Source: an uncultured Chitinophaga sp.
GTDB lineage: Bacteria; Bacteroidota; Bacteroidia; NS11-12g; UBA955
Reading direction: 5' to 3'
Assembly: GCA_964505065.1 (NCBI GenBank)
Contig: CAZDGF010000003.1
Location: 12,320-76,319 of the forward strand
DNA length: 64,000 nucleotides
A program made the translations under genes and the position numbers. The notes under the pieces were generated by a model that saw only the letters and a program-made list of their open reading frames with translations, did not search any database and had not been told where the DNA came from. Positions 1 through 9,187 of this stretch are shown here, in pieces; position 1 is the first letter of the stretch, and the number at the start of each line of letters is the position of its first letter.

Positions 1-1
1 A

Positions 2-118
2 GCCGAAAATATAGAAACAGGCTTATACTTTTTGGCAACTCTTGCTGTAATAGTCCATTATTATGTTCGTTTAAAAGAACTTTGGTTAGAAAATATAAAG
101 CATGGTATTATGTCTTAA
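2..118 (+). CDS. 3' end of a CDS entering from the left edge; product unknown (hydrophobic C-terminus)
   Basis: Frame 2 is open from the window edge to TAA 116-118 (...TGLYFLATLAVIVHYYVRLKELWLENIKHGIMS*). No start lies in the window, so it is absent from the ORF track. It is convergent with the ABC ATPase gene. Confidence 0.3.
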   Translation, partial: AENIETGLYFLATLAVIVHYYVRLKELWLENIKHGIMS

Positions 119-147
119 TAATTTTAGCTTTTATACAGCAATATATC

Positions 148-801
148 TTAAGCTACAATATAGCCGTCTTTCATCACCAATTTTCTATCCGCCATATTTG
201 CAAACTCCTCATTATGGGTAACAATTACAAAGCTATAGCCAAAATCTTTGCGCAAGTTTAAAAATAGCTGATGTAGCTCGTTAGCATTCTTACTGTCTAA
301 GTTTCCGCTTGGTTCATCGGCAAATATTACCTTTGGCTGATTGATTAAAGCCCTTGCTACAGCGCATCTTTGCTGCTCTCCACCCGAAAGCTCGGATGGT
401 TTATGGTTAAATCTATGAGAAAGATTTAAATATGTCAATAATTCTTTAGCTCTTGTTTCGGTGGCTTTTTTATCCTTTTTGGCTATCCAAGCAGGCATAC
501 ATACGTTTTCTAAACAAGTAAACTCGGGCAAAAGCTGATGAAATTGGAAGATAAAACCAATATGTGTATTTCTAAAATCCGCAAGTGCCTTTTGTTTTAA
601 GTTTTTTATTAAAACATTATCGTAGTAAACTTCTCCGTCTGTGGCATTGTCTAAAGTGCCTAATATTTGTAGCAAGGTAGTTTTACCTGCACCGCTATCG
701 CCCACAATAGATATAATTTCTTTATCCTCTATTTGCAAATCAATGCCTTTAAGCACCTGCAATTCGCCATATTTTTTACTTACACCTGCCGCTTTAATCA
801 T
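148..801 (-). CDS. ABC transporter ATP-binding protein, LolD/MacB-like
   Basis: Walker [10 protein letters not shown], signature LSGGEQQR, Walker [11 protein letters not shown]-loop VTHN. Start moved from 891 to the internal ATG ([12 protein letters not shown]..., cat at 799-801). Family members start about 30-35 aa before Walker A, and 802-902 must hold the promoters shared with divergent sucC. Confidence 0.9.
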   Translation of the reverse strand: MIKAAGVSKKYGELQVLKGIDLQIEDKEIISIVGDSGAGKTTLLQILGTLDNATDGEVYYDNVLIKNLKQKALADFRNTHIGFIFQFHQLLPEFTCLENVCMPAWIAKKDKKATETRAKELLTYLNLSHRFNHKPSELSGGEQQRCAVARALINQPKVIFADEPSGNLDSKNANELHQLFLNLRKDFGYSFVIVTHNEEFANMADRKLVMKDGYIVA

Positions 802-902
802 TACTGTGCGAAATTGCTTGTTATTTTTTTCAAAATCAAAAAAAAGATTAAAGATATTTTTTGTAGTTTCGCACCAAAATACAGAAAGCAAAATAATTAT
901 TT

Positions 903-2114
903 ATGAATATTCACGAATACCAAGCCAAACAAATTTTAAAATCTTATGGCGTAGCCATTCAAGAGGGCATAGTTGCAGATAGCCCACAAGCTGCTTTACA
1001 AGCCGCTAAAGATATTCAAGCCCAAACAGGCAGCAGTTGGGTGGTGCTGAAAGCTCAAATACATGCTGGAGGCAGAGGAAAAGGCAAAATGATAGGCAGC
1101 GAGCAACGTGGTGTAGCATTGGCTAAAACATTAGATGATGTAACTACCATTGCAGAAAATATGTTAGGCAAAACTTTGGTAACCATTCAAACTGGCGAAA
1201 AAGGAAAATTGGTAAGCAAAGTATTGGTTACAGAAGATGTATTTTACCCAGGGGCAAGCGAGCCAAAAGAATATTATATGAGCGTATTGTTAGATAGAGC
1301 TACAGGCAAAAATGTAATTATTTATACTACCGAAGGCGGCATGGATATTGAAGAAGTAGCCGAACATACGCCAGAAAAATTGCATCGTGAATGGATAGAC
1401 CCTACCATTGGTTTCCAACCATTTCAAGCACGCAAAATAGCTTTTAATTTAGGCCTTACAGGCAAAGCGCAAAAAGAAATGGAAAAATTTGCTACTGCAC
1501 TTTACAAAGCTTATGAAGAAACAGATAGCGCTATGTTTGAAATAAACCCAGTATTAAAAACAAGCGATGACAGAATAATAGCGGTTGACGCTAAAGTAGA
1601 TTTAGATGAAAATGCTTTATATCGCCATGCAGATTATGCAGCATTGAGAGATGAAAGCGAAGAAGACCCTACAGAAGTAGAAGCTAAAAAATTTAACTTA
1701 AACTATGTAAAACTTGACGGTAATGTAGGCTGCATGGTAAATGGTGCTGGCTTGGCTATGGCTACTATGGATATTATAAAACTAAGCGGTGGCGAGCCTG
1801 CCAACTTTTTAGATGTAGGCGGAACAGCCAATGCAGAAACAGTAGAGGCAGGATTTAAAATTATATTGAGCGACCCAAATGTAAAAGCTATTTTAATAAA
1901 TATATTTGGCGGTATAGTGCGTTGCGATAGAGTAGCCCAAGGTGTTGTAGATGCATACCAAAAATTAGGCAATATTAATATTCCAATTATTGTGCGCCTG
2001 CAAGGCACAAATGCAGTAGAAGCTAAAAAATTGATAGACGAAAGTGGTTTACAAGTAAAATCTGCTATTCTTTTAAAAGAAGCGGCTGATTTGGTTAAAA
2101 AAGTATTGGCTTAA
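903..2114 (+). CDS. sucC: succinate--CoA ligase (ADP-forming) beta subunit
   Basis: MNIHEYQAKQILKSYGV N-terminus, ATP-grasp GGRGKGK loop, C-terminal CoA-ligase domain (NIFGGIVRCD). Full length 403 aa. Confidence 0.95.
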   Translation: MNIHEYQAKQILKSYGVAIQEGIVADSPQAALQAAKDIQAQTGSSWVVLKAQIHAGGRGKGKMIGSEQRGVALAKTLDDVTTIAENMLGKTLVTIQTGEKGKLVSKVLVTEDVFYPGASEPKEYYMSVLLDRATGKNVIIYTTEGGMDIEEVAEHTPEKLHREWIDPTIGFQPFQARKIAFNLGLTGKAQKEMEKFATALYKAYEETDSAMFEINPVLKTSDDRIIAVDAKVDLDENALYRHADYAALRDESEEDPTEVEAKKFNLNYVKLDGNVGCMVNGAGLAMATMDIIKLSGGEPANFLDVGGTANAETVEAGFKIILSDPNVKAILINIFGGIVRCDRVAQGVVDAYQKLGNINIPIIVRLQGTNAVEAKKLIDESGLQVKSAILLKEAADLVKKVLA

Positions 2115-2204
2115 TTTTCAATTACTTAAATTAATTGTTAATAAGTTTATAAATAAAGTAATAGTTAAAAGTAATACTATTGCCCTAATTAAATAAAAAA
2201 TATT

Positions 2205-2489
2205 ATGGGAATGATTAAAGAATTTAAAGAATTTATCAACCAAGGCAATGTGGTTGATTTAGCTGTGGCTGTAGTACTTGGTGCTGCGTTCAACAAAATT
2301 GTAACATCTATTGTAGATGATATAATAATGCCAATAATTGCTATGTTAGGCGGAGTTGAGAATATTGCAGAATTAACATTAGGACCTATTTTGATAGGTA
2401 AAGTTTTAGCGGCAATTATCAATTTTTTAATTATAGCCTTTGTATTGTTTTTAATTGTAAAAGCTATCAACAAATCTAAAAAAGGATAA
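2205..2489 (+). CDS. mscL: large-conductance mechanosensitive channel, compact 94-aa form
   Basis: EFKEFINQGNVVDLAVAVVLGAAFNKIVTSIVDDIIMPII is the canonical MscL N-terminus/TM1. A second TM follows, but there is no C-terminal cytoplasmic helix. Confidence 0.8.
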   Translation: MGMIKEFKEFINQGNVVDLAVAVVLGAAFNKIVTSIVDDIIMPIIAMLGGVENIAELTLGPILIGKVLAAIINFLIIAFVLFLIVKAINKSKKG

Positions 2490-2504
2490 AATAAATTTTA
2501 ACTT

Positions 2505-2539
2505 AAAAATGCCAAACTTAAATGTTTGGCATTTTTTTT
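2505..2539 (+). terminator. rho-independent terminator after mscL
   Basis: 9-bp stem ATGCCAAAC/GTTTGGCAT (2509-2517 / 2524-2532), 6-nt loop, then a T8 run to 2539. Confidence 0.8.
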
Positions 2540-2568
2540 GCCAATAGTAAAATAATTTTAATTTAAAA

Positions 2569-3609
2569 ATGAAAATAAAACATATACTTACAACAGCTAT
2601 TATAGCATTAACAATTAATTTAAACGCTCAAGAAGCAGATGTTAAAGCAGCAGCATCGGGCGGCATAAAAGTAAAAGAAGTAAAAGATACAGGCTGGGTA
2701 AGAGGCGGTTTTTTTAGCACTAATGTGTCGAACACTACATTTTCTAATTGGGCAAATGGAGGAACTAATAATACTGCATTAATAGCCAATGCCAGTTTGT
2801 TTGCCATTTACCATCCTGCTAATAATAAAAGTGTATGGGAAAATTATTTAGATTTAGCTTATGGTGTTATTCGCAATGGCGAAGCAAAAGTAAACGACCC
2901 AAACAGTCCCTATAATGGAAGAGTAAATCCATTTGTAAAAAATGAAGATAAATTGGTTTTTACCACCAAATATGGTAGAAGAATAAGTAAAAAACTTAAT
3001 TATTCTGCTTTGTTTAATTTAAACACACAAATGTTTCCAGGCTGGGCTGCTACAGATGTTTTTAGAGAGCAAAACCATATTTCTAACTTTATGGCACAAG
3101 GTTTTGGTTATCTTTCTGTGGGTATAGATTATAAGCCAACTTCGTTTCTATCTGTTTATTTTTCGCCAATAACAGCCAAATATACTGTTGTTAGAGAGCA
3201 GCGTTTAGCCGATTTAGGCTCATTTGGTGTTCAAAAAGCTGAGTTTAGCTATGCAGATACTACAGGTGGAAAAGCCCCAATTAAAGTAAAAGATGGTAAA
3301 ACATTAAGAACAGAGCTTGGTTGGTATGCCAATATATTTTTCAATAGAGATATTGCAAAAAACATTAACTTACAATCTCGTTTAGAATTGTTTAACAATT
3401 ACCAAAATTTTGGGCAAAACATAGACGTAAACTGGCAAAATGCTATCAATATGAAAGTAAATAAATACATTTCTGTAAGTATTATCAACCAATTAATATA
3501 CGATTATGATATAGATACCGACCCTACCAAAGAGGGAACACAAATAAAAGTGCAACTTAAAAACTTTTTTGGTGTAGGTTTCTCCGCAAAATTTGGCGAT
3601 AAATTGTAA
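2569..3609 (+). CDS. DUF3078 family outer-membrane protein
   Basis: Signal peptide (MKIKHILTTAIIALTINLNAQ) and the family hallmark GWVRGGFFSTNVSNTTFSNWANGG. Alternating beta-strand pattern through to the C-terminus. Confidence 0.7.
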   Translation: MKIKHILTTAIIALTINLNAQEADVKAAASGGIKVKEVKDTGWVRGGFFSTNVSNTTFSNWANGGTNNTALIANASLFAIYHPANNKSVWENYLDLAYGVIRNGEAKVNDPNSPYNGRVNPFVKNEDKLVFTTKYGRRISKKLNYSALFNLNTQMFPGWAATDVFREQNHISNFMAQGFGYLSVGIDYKPTSFLSVYFSPITAKYTVVREQRLADLGSFGVQKAEFSYADTTGGKAPIKVKDGKTLRTELGWYANIFFNRDIAKNINLQSRLELFNNYQNFGQNIDVNWQNAINMKVNKYISVSIINQLIYDYDIDTDPTKEGTQIKVQLKNFFGVGFSAKFGDKL

Positions 3610-3727
3610 GTCATTTCGAGTGTTCCTTTGCTCTGAAAGGAACGTATCGAGAAATTACTTCATTAAAAATAAAAAACATGTTACTTCTCGAAACAAAAAT
3701 GCAGAGCCATTTTTTACTCGAAGCAGC
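3610..3727. repeat. two REP-like palindromic units (GTCATTTCGAG variant of the GTCATT family)
   Basis: GTCATTTCGAG-GTTCCTTT GCTCTG AAAGGAAC-GTATCGAGAAAT (perfect 8-bp inner stem), then ACTTCTCGAAA...TACTCGAAGC. Related to the units at 53826-53867 and 7105-7162. Confidence 0.6.
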
Positions 3728-3747
3728 AGATAAAGTTATAAAAATAT

Positions 3748-3755
3748 TATCTTTG
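3748..3755 (+). promoter_or_regulatory. candidate sigma-A -7 box (TATCTTTG)
   Basis: Exact match to the Bacteroidota TAnnTTTG consensus, 29 nt upstream of the tsaC ATG. Confidence 0.35.
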
Positions 3756-3757
3756 AA

Positions 3758-3784
3758 AGTCTCGAACCATTCGGGGCTTTTTTT
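3758..3784 (+). terminator. terminator-like hairpin plus T7 run abutting the tsaC start codon
   Basis: AGTCTCGA (3758-3765) pairs with TCGGGGCT (3771-3778): 6 Watson-Crick and 2 G-U pairs as RNA, 5-nt loop. T-run 3778-3784, ATG at 3785. Confidence 0.3.
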
Positions 3785-4399
3785 ATGCCAACTATAGAAA
3801 TATCTGCACACAACCCTAATGAAAGGCTTTTGCAAATGGCTGCTGAGACTTTGCAAAAAGGCGATATTATTATTTGCCCTACAGATACTGTATATGCCTT
3901 TGTTTGTTGCTTATCAAATAAAAATGGCATAGAAAAATTGTGTAAATTGATAGGCAAAAAACCCGAAAAAGCCAATCTTTCTATTATTTGTGCAGATTTA
4001 AAGCACATTAGCGATTATACCTTGCAGTTTAGCAAAAATATTTATAAGCTAATGAATAGAAATTTACCAGGACCATTTACATTTATTTTGAATGCTAATA
4101 ACAAAGTACCAAAATTATTTTTAACCAAAAGAAAAACCATTGGCATTAGAGTTCCTAACCATGCTATTCCTTTAAAATTAGTAGAAATGGTAGATGAACC
4201 CTTGGTTACAGCTTCTGTACATTTTCCAAATAATTTAGATAAAATTATGACCTCGCCTTTTGAAATGGAAACAAGCTACTCTCATACAATTTCTTTGATT
4301 ATAAATAGTGGAGAAGGAGGCGAAATAGGCTCCGGAATAGTTGATTGTACTGGTAATGAACCTATTTTAATTAGAGAAGGAGAAATTGATTTGCTTTAA
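3785..4399 (+). CDS. tsaC: L-threonylcarbamoyladenylate synthase (YrdC/TsaC family)
   Basis: YrdC-domain motifs ICPTDTVYAFVC and GIRVPNH. 204 aa, YrdC domain only. Confidence 0.85.
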   Translation: MPTIEISAHNPNERLLQMAAETLQKGDIIICPTDTVYAFVCCLSNKNGIEKLCKLIGKKPEKANLSIICADLKHISDYTLQFSKNIYKLMNRNLPGPFTFILNANNKVPKLFLTKRKTIGIRVPNHAIPLKLVEMVDEPLVTASVHFPNNLDKIMTSPFEMETSYSHTISLIINSGEGGEIGSGIVDCTGNEPILIREGEIDLL

Positions 4400-4447
4400 T
4401 ATTCAATAGAAAAAAAATAAAAATTATTGTACTTACGCAAAATGTCG

Positions 4448-4455
4448 TATATTTG
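4448..4455 (+). promoter_or_regulatory. candidate -7 box (TATATTTG) for the toxin-antitoxin operon
   Basis: Exact TAnnTTTG, 21 nt upstream of the ATG at 4477. Confidence 0.4.
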
Positions 4456-4476
4456 TAGGACAAAAGACGCATTAAT

Positions 4477-4899
4477 ATGAAACAATATAACAACATTGAA
4501 AAAGAACCAAATATTGTAAGCGAGCCAGAAGTAAGTTATTTTATTAATTATACCCATGCAGGCATGGCTTTTAATACTTTTGAAAAACAAGCCCAAAAAG
4601 TACCTTTTACACAAAATGAATGGAGCAATGTTTTAAATCTTTCCGAGCGTACTTTTCAACGCTATAAAAAAGAAAACAAAAAATTTGAATCCATATATAC
4701 CGAAAAAATTCTTGAAATTATTTTATTGTTCAATAAAGGCATAGAGGTTTTTCAGAATGAAACCAATTTTTATGAATGGCTAAATACGCCTTGTATGGCT
4801 TTGGGCAATATTAAGCCAATGGGTATTATAGATAACTCTTTTGGTATAGAAGCCGTAAAAAATGAATTAGGAAAAATAGAACATGGTATTTTTGCTTAA
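4477..4899 (+). CDS. antitoxin, Xre/MbcA/ParS-like with C-terminal DUF2384 toxin-binding domain
   Basis: 140 aa, 7 nt upstream of a RES gene. C-terminal W..TP...LG...P......G...V...L..IEHG pattern is typical of DUF2384 antitoxins. Confidence 0.75.
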   Translation: MKQYNNIEKEPNIVSEPEVSYFINYTHAGMAFNTFEKQAQKVPFTQNEWSNVLNLSERTFQRYKKENKKFESIYTEKILEIILLFNKGIEVFQNETNFYEWLNTPCMALGNIKPMGIIDNSFGIEAVKNELGKIEHGIFA

Positions 4900-4906
4900 T
4901 TAAACC

Positions 4907-5365
4907 TTGCTTGTATATAGAATATCCCGAGAAAAATATGCTACCGACCTTAGCGGTGCAGGGGCAAAACAATATGGCGGCAGATGGAATAGTATAGGTG
5001 TGCCTGTGCTTTATACTTCAAGTAGTATTTCATTGGCTATATTAGAAACTTTGGTGCATTTGCCCAAACATTTACTACCTAAAGATTTGGTTTTAATAAC
5101 CATAGAATTAAATGAAAAACTACCTCATGCTGAACTTATAGAAAAAAATTTGCCAAAAAATTGGCGACAATTTCCCATGCCAGTAGCTACCCAAAAAATT
5201 GGCAGCACGATGGTTTCAGAAAACAAATTATTGTATTTAAAAGCACCTTCTACTATAGTGCAAAGCGAGCAGAATATAATAATAAACCCATTGCATAAAC
5301 AAGCAAAAAATATTAAAATTAAGCATATTGAGCCATTTACATTAGATGTAAGATTGTTTAAATAA
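4907..5365 (+). CDS. RES domain toxin (NAD+-targeting MbcT/ParT family)
   Basis: YRISREKY...GAGAKQYGGRWNSIGVPVLYTSSSISLAILETLVH, with the R (GGRWN), E (ILETLVH) and S (KAPSTIV) residues all present. TTG start 7 nt after the antitoxin stop. Confidence 0.85.
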   Translation: MLVYRISREKYATDLSGAGAKQYGGRWNSIGVPVLYTSSSISLAILETLVHLPKHLLPKDLVLITIELNEKLPHAELIEKNLPKNWRQFPMPVATQKIGSTMVSENKLLYLKAPSTIVQSEQNIIINPLHKQAKNIKIKHIEPFTLDVRLFK

Positions 5366-5499
5366 ATACGTTTTACAAATATTTTAAACTCAAAATTTCA
5401 AAAATATGACCGTTTTTGTCTAAAAATAGCCCATTTTTATATTTTATTAGGTTAATAAATTAATTTTCTTTTAAATCTGAGAAATTAATTTAAATACCC

Positions 5500-7057
5500 A
5501 TGAAATATTTTAGCCTACTATTAAGCATTTTAGTTTTTTCTAACTTTGCCCAAGCCCAAGAAAACTACAACCCCAACAATTACAAATACCGCTTTCAAAA
5601 ATTGAGAAGGTTTAGTACAAATTATAATTTGAATGGAAATGGGCGCTTAAATAACAGTAAAGAAACAGATACTTCAAGTAAATTGAATAACAAACAGAAA
5701 AATAATAGTAACAGCTATAACTTAAATTTTAATGGTTATTATTTTCAAGATATTAACACAGATGCTTTACAACATACATCTAATTTAAATTATAATTTTA
5801 ATATTGCTACAGGAAATAGAAACTCAGAAAATAATTATGCTAATCAATTTAATTCATTTTTTTTGCAAAGAGAAAACAAAAAACAATAATTTAGGCTATA
5901 ATTTAAACTATAATGCCTCCAATAGATATTATGAAAGCAATAATAATTTTAAACTACTAAACTATGGCACTGGGGTTCAAAATTTTATATCAAGGGGAAA
6001 AGAAAATGGAGAATTTAAAAACACTACCTCAAATTATGATGTTTTAAGTAAACAAAATGAAATAAATTTAAATGCCAATCTTCAATTAGGCTTTGGCAAA
6101 GGCAGATTAGAATATGTAACCGACCCCATAATGGCGGCTTTTATGCTTATAGATTTACAAGATAAAGCAGGAATAGGTACACTTACTAACGAGCAAGTAG
6201 AAAATATTGGCAAAGGTATAACTGCTATTCGCAATACAAGGTTTATTGATTTTAGATTTAGATTGATAGACCAATTAGAGATGTTAGACAGCGTGTTGCA
6301 AGCCAATGGGGTAAAAAGCAATAAAGCCTCTCGCTATTTTACTACCATAAACGATAATTGGCTATATGCTACTCAATTTGGCAGATTTACAGGTAAAAGA
6401 TGGACTTTTTATTTGGACAACAGAGCTTTTTTAGGAAATGATAAAACAGAATTTAATAATAAATTAATAATAGGCAACCATTTTAAAGGAAGAGGTTTCA
6501 ATCGCAATATTTACAATGGATTTGGTATAAATTTTGATAAATCGAAACAAAAAAGCATTTACCGCCAAAATACTTGGGGATTTAATGTAAATGCAGGGCT
6601 ACAACACAATACAAATGGCACAATTACCGAAGACAGTATTGGCAAAAGTAGTTTTCTAAAAACAGAAACAAAAAACAAACCAGATGCTATAAATGCCAAT
6701 ATTGGCGTTTATTACGAATACCTTTGGCAGCCCAATACCCGTACTTTTTTTACTGCTCGTGTAAATCCAAATTTAAATACTATAAGAAGTCAAAATGGCA
6801 TACGTAGAGCCAATTTAAATAATAGTTTTAACAATAACTTAAACTATGGTTTAGCAACAGATTTTAGATATTTTAAATTTTTTACTGCTCGTCTTTCTGC
6901 TTTTGTAAATGCTGAAATAAATGTAACTAACAATCGTAATATTAATTTTATAGAATTTGGTATTACACCTAATCCTATTCTAACATCAAAAAATATTGGC
7001 ACAAATTTTAGTTTTAACCATAATTTTAGTGCTGGGATAACATATGTGCTGTTTTAA
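5500..7057 (+). pseudogene. Asn-rich outer-membrane beta-barrel protein gene split by a +1 frameshift at a T8 tract (pseudogene, phase-variable, or sequencing error)
   Basis: ORF 5500-5889 carries the signal peptide (MKYFSLLLSILVFSNFAQAQ). ORF 5804-7057 in the next frame carries the barrel and the C-terminal ...GITYVLF. Removing one T from T8 (5857-5864) joins them as ...NQFNSFFCKEKTKNNNLGYNLNY.... Confidence 0.55.
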
Positions 7058-7104
7058 GGTTTTAGTTGGTTGGTTTTAAAACCAACAAGAGGAGAAATTT
7101 GAGC

Positions 7105-7162
7105 TGTTTCAGATTCCGTATAATTTTGCAAAGCCTCCCGCACGTGCAGGATACGGAATGAC
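7105..7162. repeat. GTCATT-family element, module A with GC-rich palindromic core (inverted orientation)
   Basis: The reverse complement GTCATTCCGTATCCTGCACGTGCGGGAGGCTTTGCAAAATTATACGGAA matches 27983-28031 almost base for base. Confidence 0.7.
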
Positions 7163-7267
7163 AACTTTCTCAAACCATTTTTCAAAGCAAAATTTTAAAA
7201 AACGAAAAAAAAATCGTAACCTTGCATCTAAATTAAACCAAAAAATAACGTTTAAATTAAATTTCAA

Positions 7268-7561
7268 ATGGCAGGAAATATTTCCATAAAAGTAAATGTA
7301 GGCGATAGAATGTATCCACTACAAATAAATGCCAGAGAAGAAGAATATGTGCGCAAGGCGGCAAAACTGCTGAATGAGAAAATAACCTTTTTCAACAATA
7401 GTTTTACCACCAAAGATAAAATAGATGGACTGGCAATGGCTGCTTTAGAATATGCAGTAGATGCGCTTAATAAAACCCAAAAAGTAGAGGCAGCAGCCAA
7501 TACCAAATTGGATTTTTCAACCATTGAAAACAAGCTTTCCGAAATAGAAAACTTGCTTTAA
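7268..7561 (+). CDS. zapA: cell division protein ZapA-like
   Basis: 97 aa lying directly upstream of rny, an arrangement I recall as common in Bacteroidota. N-terminal ISIKVNVGDRMYPLQINAREEEYVRKAAKLLNEKI fits the ZapA pattern. Confidence 0.6.
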   Translation: MAGNISIKVNVGDRMYPLQINAREEEYVRKAAKLLNEKITFFNNSFTTKDKIDGLAMAALEYAVDALNKTQKVEAAANTKLDFSTIENKLSEIENLL

Positions 7562-7629
7562 TTTTTACAACATAGTCTATTCTTAACTATTTAATTTCTA
7601 CTTTATTTTTATAAAAATAAAAAATAAAA

Positions 7630-9174
7630 ATGAGTGAAATATTGTATGCCGTAATAGGAATTGTAATAGGGCTTGTAATAGGCTATTTTGCAGGTATTCC
7701 TTTGGTAAAAAAACAACAACAGGCGCAAGCAAATCTACTTTTAGAAGAGGCAAAAGGCAAAGCAGAAAGCATTAAGCAAAGCAAAATGCTTGAAAGCAAA
7801 GAAAAATTTTTAAGCTTAAAATCCGAACACGAAAAAGAAGTACAACGCAGAAACAACGAAGTACAAGTATCTGAAAATAGAATTAAGCAAAAAGAACAAA
7901 GCCTTGACGATAAGCTAAAAATAAATAAAACCAAAGAAGATGAATTAGAACGCTTGAAACAACAATTAGGAGCGCAACAAAGCGGCTTGGCTAAAAAAGA
8001 ACAAGAGGTAGAAACTGTTCGCCAGCAGCAAATAAAAATGTTGGAAAAAGTAGCCAATCTTACTGCCGAAGAAGCTAAAGCCCAAATGATAGAAGCAGTG
8101 AAAGCTGATGCACATACGGAGGCTATTGCACAATCTAAAATAATAGTTGAAGAGGCAAAACTTACAGCTACCAAAGATGCTAAACGCATTGTATTACAAA
8201 CTATACAGCGTACTGCTGCTGAAACAGCTATTGAAAATACTGTTACGGTTTTTAACCTTGAAAATGATGATGTTAAAGGCAGAATTATAGGCAGGGAAGG
8301 CAGAAATATTAGAGCTTTGGAAGGTGCTACAGGTATTGAAATTATTGTAGATGATACCCCAGAAGCCATTGTGCTTTCAGGTTTTGACCCTGTAAGAAGA
8401 GAGATAGCACGTTTGTCGCTGCATCGCCTTGTTGCCGATGGCAGAATACACCCAGCAAGAATAGAAGAAGTGGTAGAAAAAACCAAAAAAGATATTGAGC
8501 AAGAAATAATAGAAATAGGACAACGCACTGTAATAGATTTAGGTATTACAGGCTTACACCCCGAGCTTATTCGTATAGTTGGCAGAATGCGTTACCGCTC
8601 AAGCTATGGACAAAATTTATTGAAGCACAGCCGAGAGGTTGCCAACCTTTGTGCAACTATGGCTACAGAATTTGGCTTAAATGCAAAATTGGCTAAACGT
8701 GCTGGTTTGCTCCACGATATAGGCAAAGTGCCCGAAGATGATGCAGAAACTCCGCATGCTCTTTTAGGCATGAAATGGGCGGAAAAATATGGCGAACACC
8801 CAGAGGTATGCAATGCCATAGGTGCCCACCACGATGAAATAGAAATGACAAGTATGTTATCGCCTATTATTCAGGCTTGCGATGCTATAAGCGGCTCTCG
8901 CCCAGGTGCAAGAAGAGAAGATACAGAAAGCTATATAAAACGCTTAAAAGATTTAGAAGCCTTGGCTATGAGTTTTAAAGGTGTAGATAAAGCATTTGCT
9001 ATACAAGCAGGTAGAGAATTAAGAGTATTAGTAGATAGCGATAAAGCAACGGATAAAGAGGCAGATAATTTGAGCTTTGAAATTTCTCAACGTATAATGA
9101 AAGAAATGATATACCCAGGGCAAATTAAAATTACTGTAATTAGAGAAAAAAGAGCTGTAAATTTTGCAAAATAG
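7630..9174 (+). CDS. rny: ribonuclease Y
   Basis: N-terminal TM anchor, K/E-rich coiled coil, KH domain ([15 protein letters not shown]), HD domain (GLLHDIGK...GAHHDE). Confidence 0.95.
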   Translation: MSEILYAVIGIVIGLVIGYFAGIPLVKKQQQAQANLLLEEAKGKAESIKQSKMLESKEKFLSLKSEHEKEVQRRNNEVQVSENRIKQKEQSLDDKLKINKTKEDELERLKQQLGAQQSGLAKKEQEVETVRQQQIKMLEKVANLTAEEAKAQMIEAVKADAHTEAIAQSKIIVEEAKLTATKDAKRIVLQTIQRTAAETAIENTVTVFNLENDDVKGRIIGREGRNIRALEGATGIEIIVDDTPEAIVLSGFDPVRREIARLSLHRLVADGRIHPARIEEVVEKTKKDIEQEIIEIGQRTVIDLGITGLHPELIRIVGRMRYRSSYGQNLLKHSREVANLCATMATEFGLNAKLAKRAGLLHDIGKVPEDDAETPHALLGMKWAEKYGEHPEVCNAIGAHHDEIEMTSMLSPIIQACDAISGSRPGARREDTESYIKRLKDLEALAMSFKGVDKAFAIQAGRELRVLVDSDKATDKEADNLSFEISQRIMKEMIYPGQIKITVIREKRAVNFAK

Positions 9175-9187
9175 ATGTAGTATATCC

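Noticed and set aside
148-891. Long form of the ABC ATPase ORF and the overlapping 641-982 (+) ORF
   Set aside because: The 30-codon extension ([14 protein letters not shown]...) has no counterpart in ABC ATPases and would consume the divergent promoter region. 641-982 is antisense to the ATPase gene and overlaps the sucC start.
7058-7267. 210-bp gap upstream of zapA as a possible 6S or other ncRNA
   Set aside because: The only structured, GC-rich part is a copy of the GTCATT repeat family (7105-7162). The rest is A-rich promoter-like DNA.
7683-8528. 281-aa ORF antisense to rny
   Set aside because: It lies entirely inside the well-supported RNase Y gene. The product is Ser/Cys/Ala-rich low-complexity sequence, the mirror image of the K/E/A-rich coiled coil on the sense strand. 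It is a typical shadow ORF.
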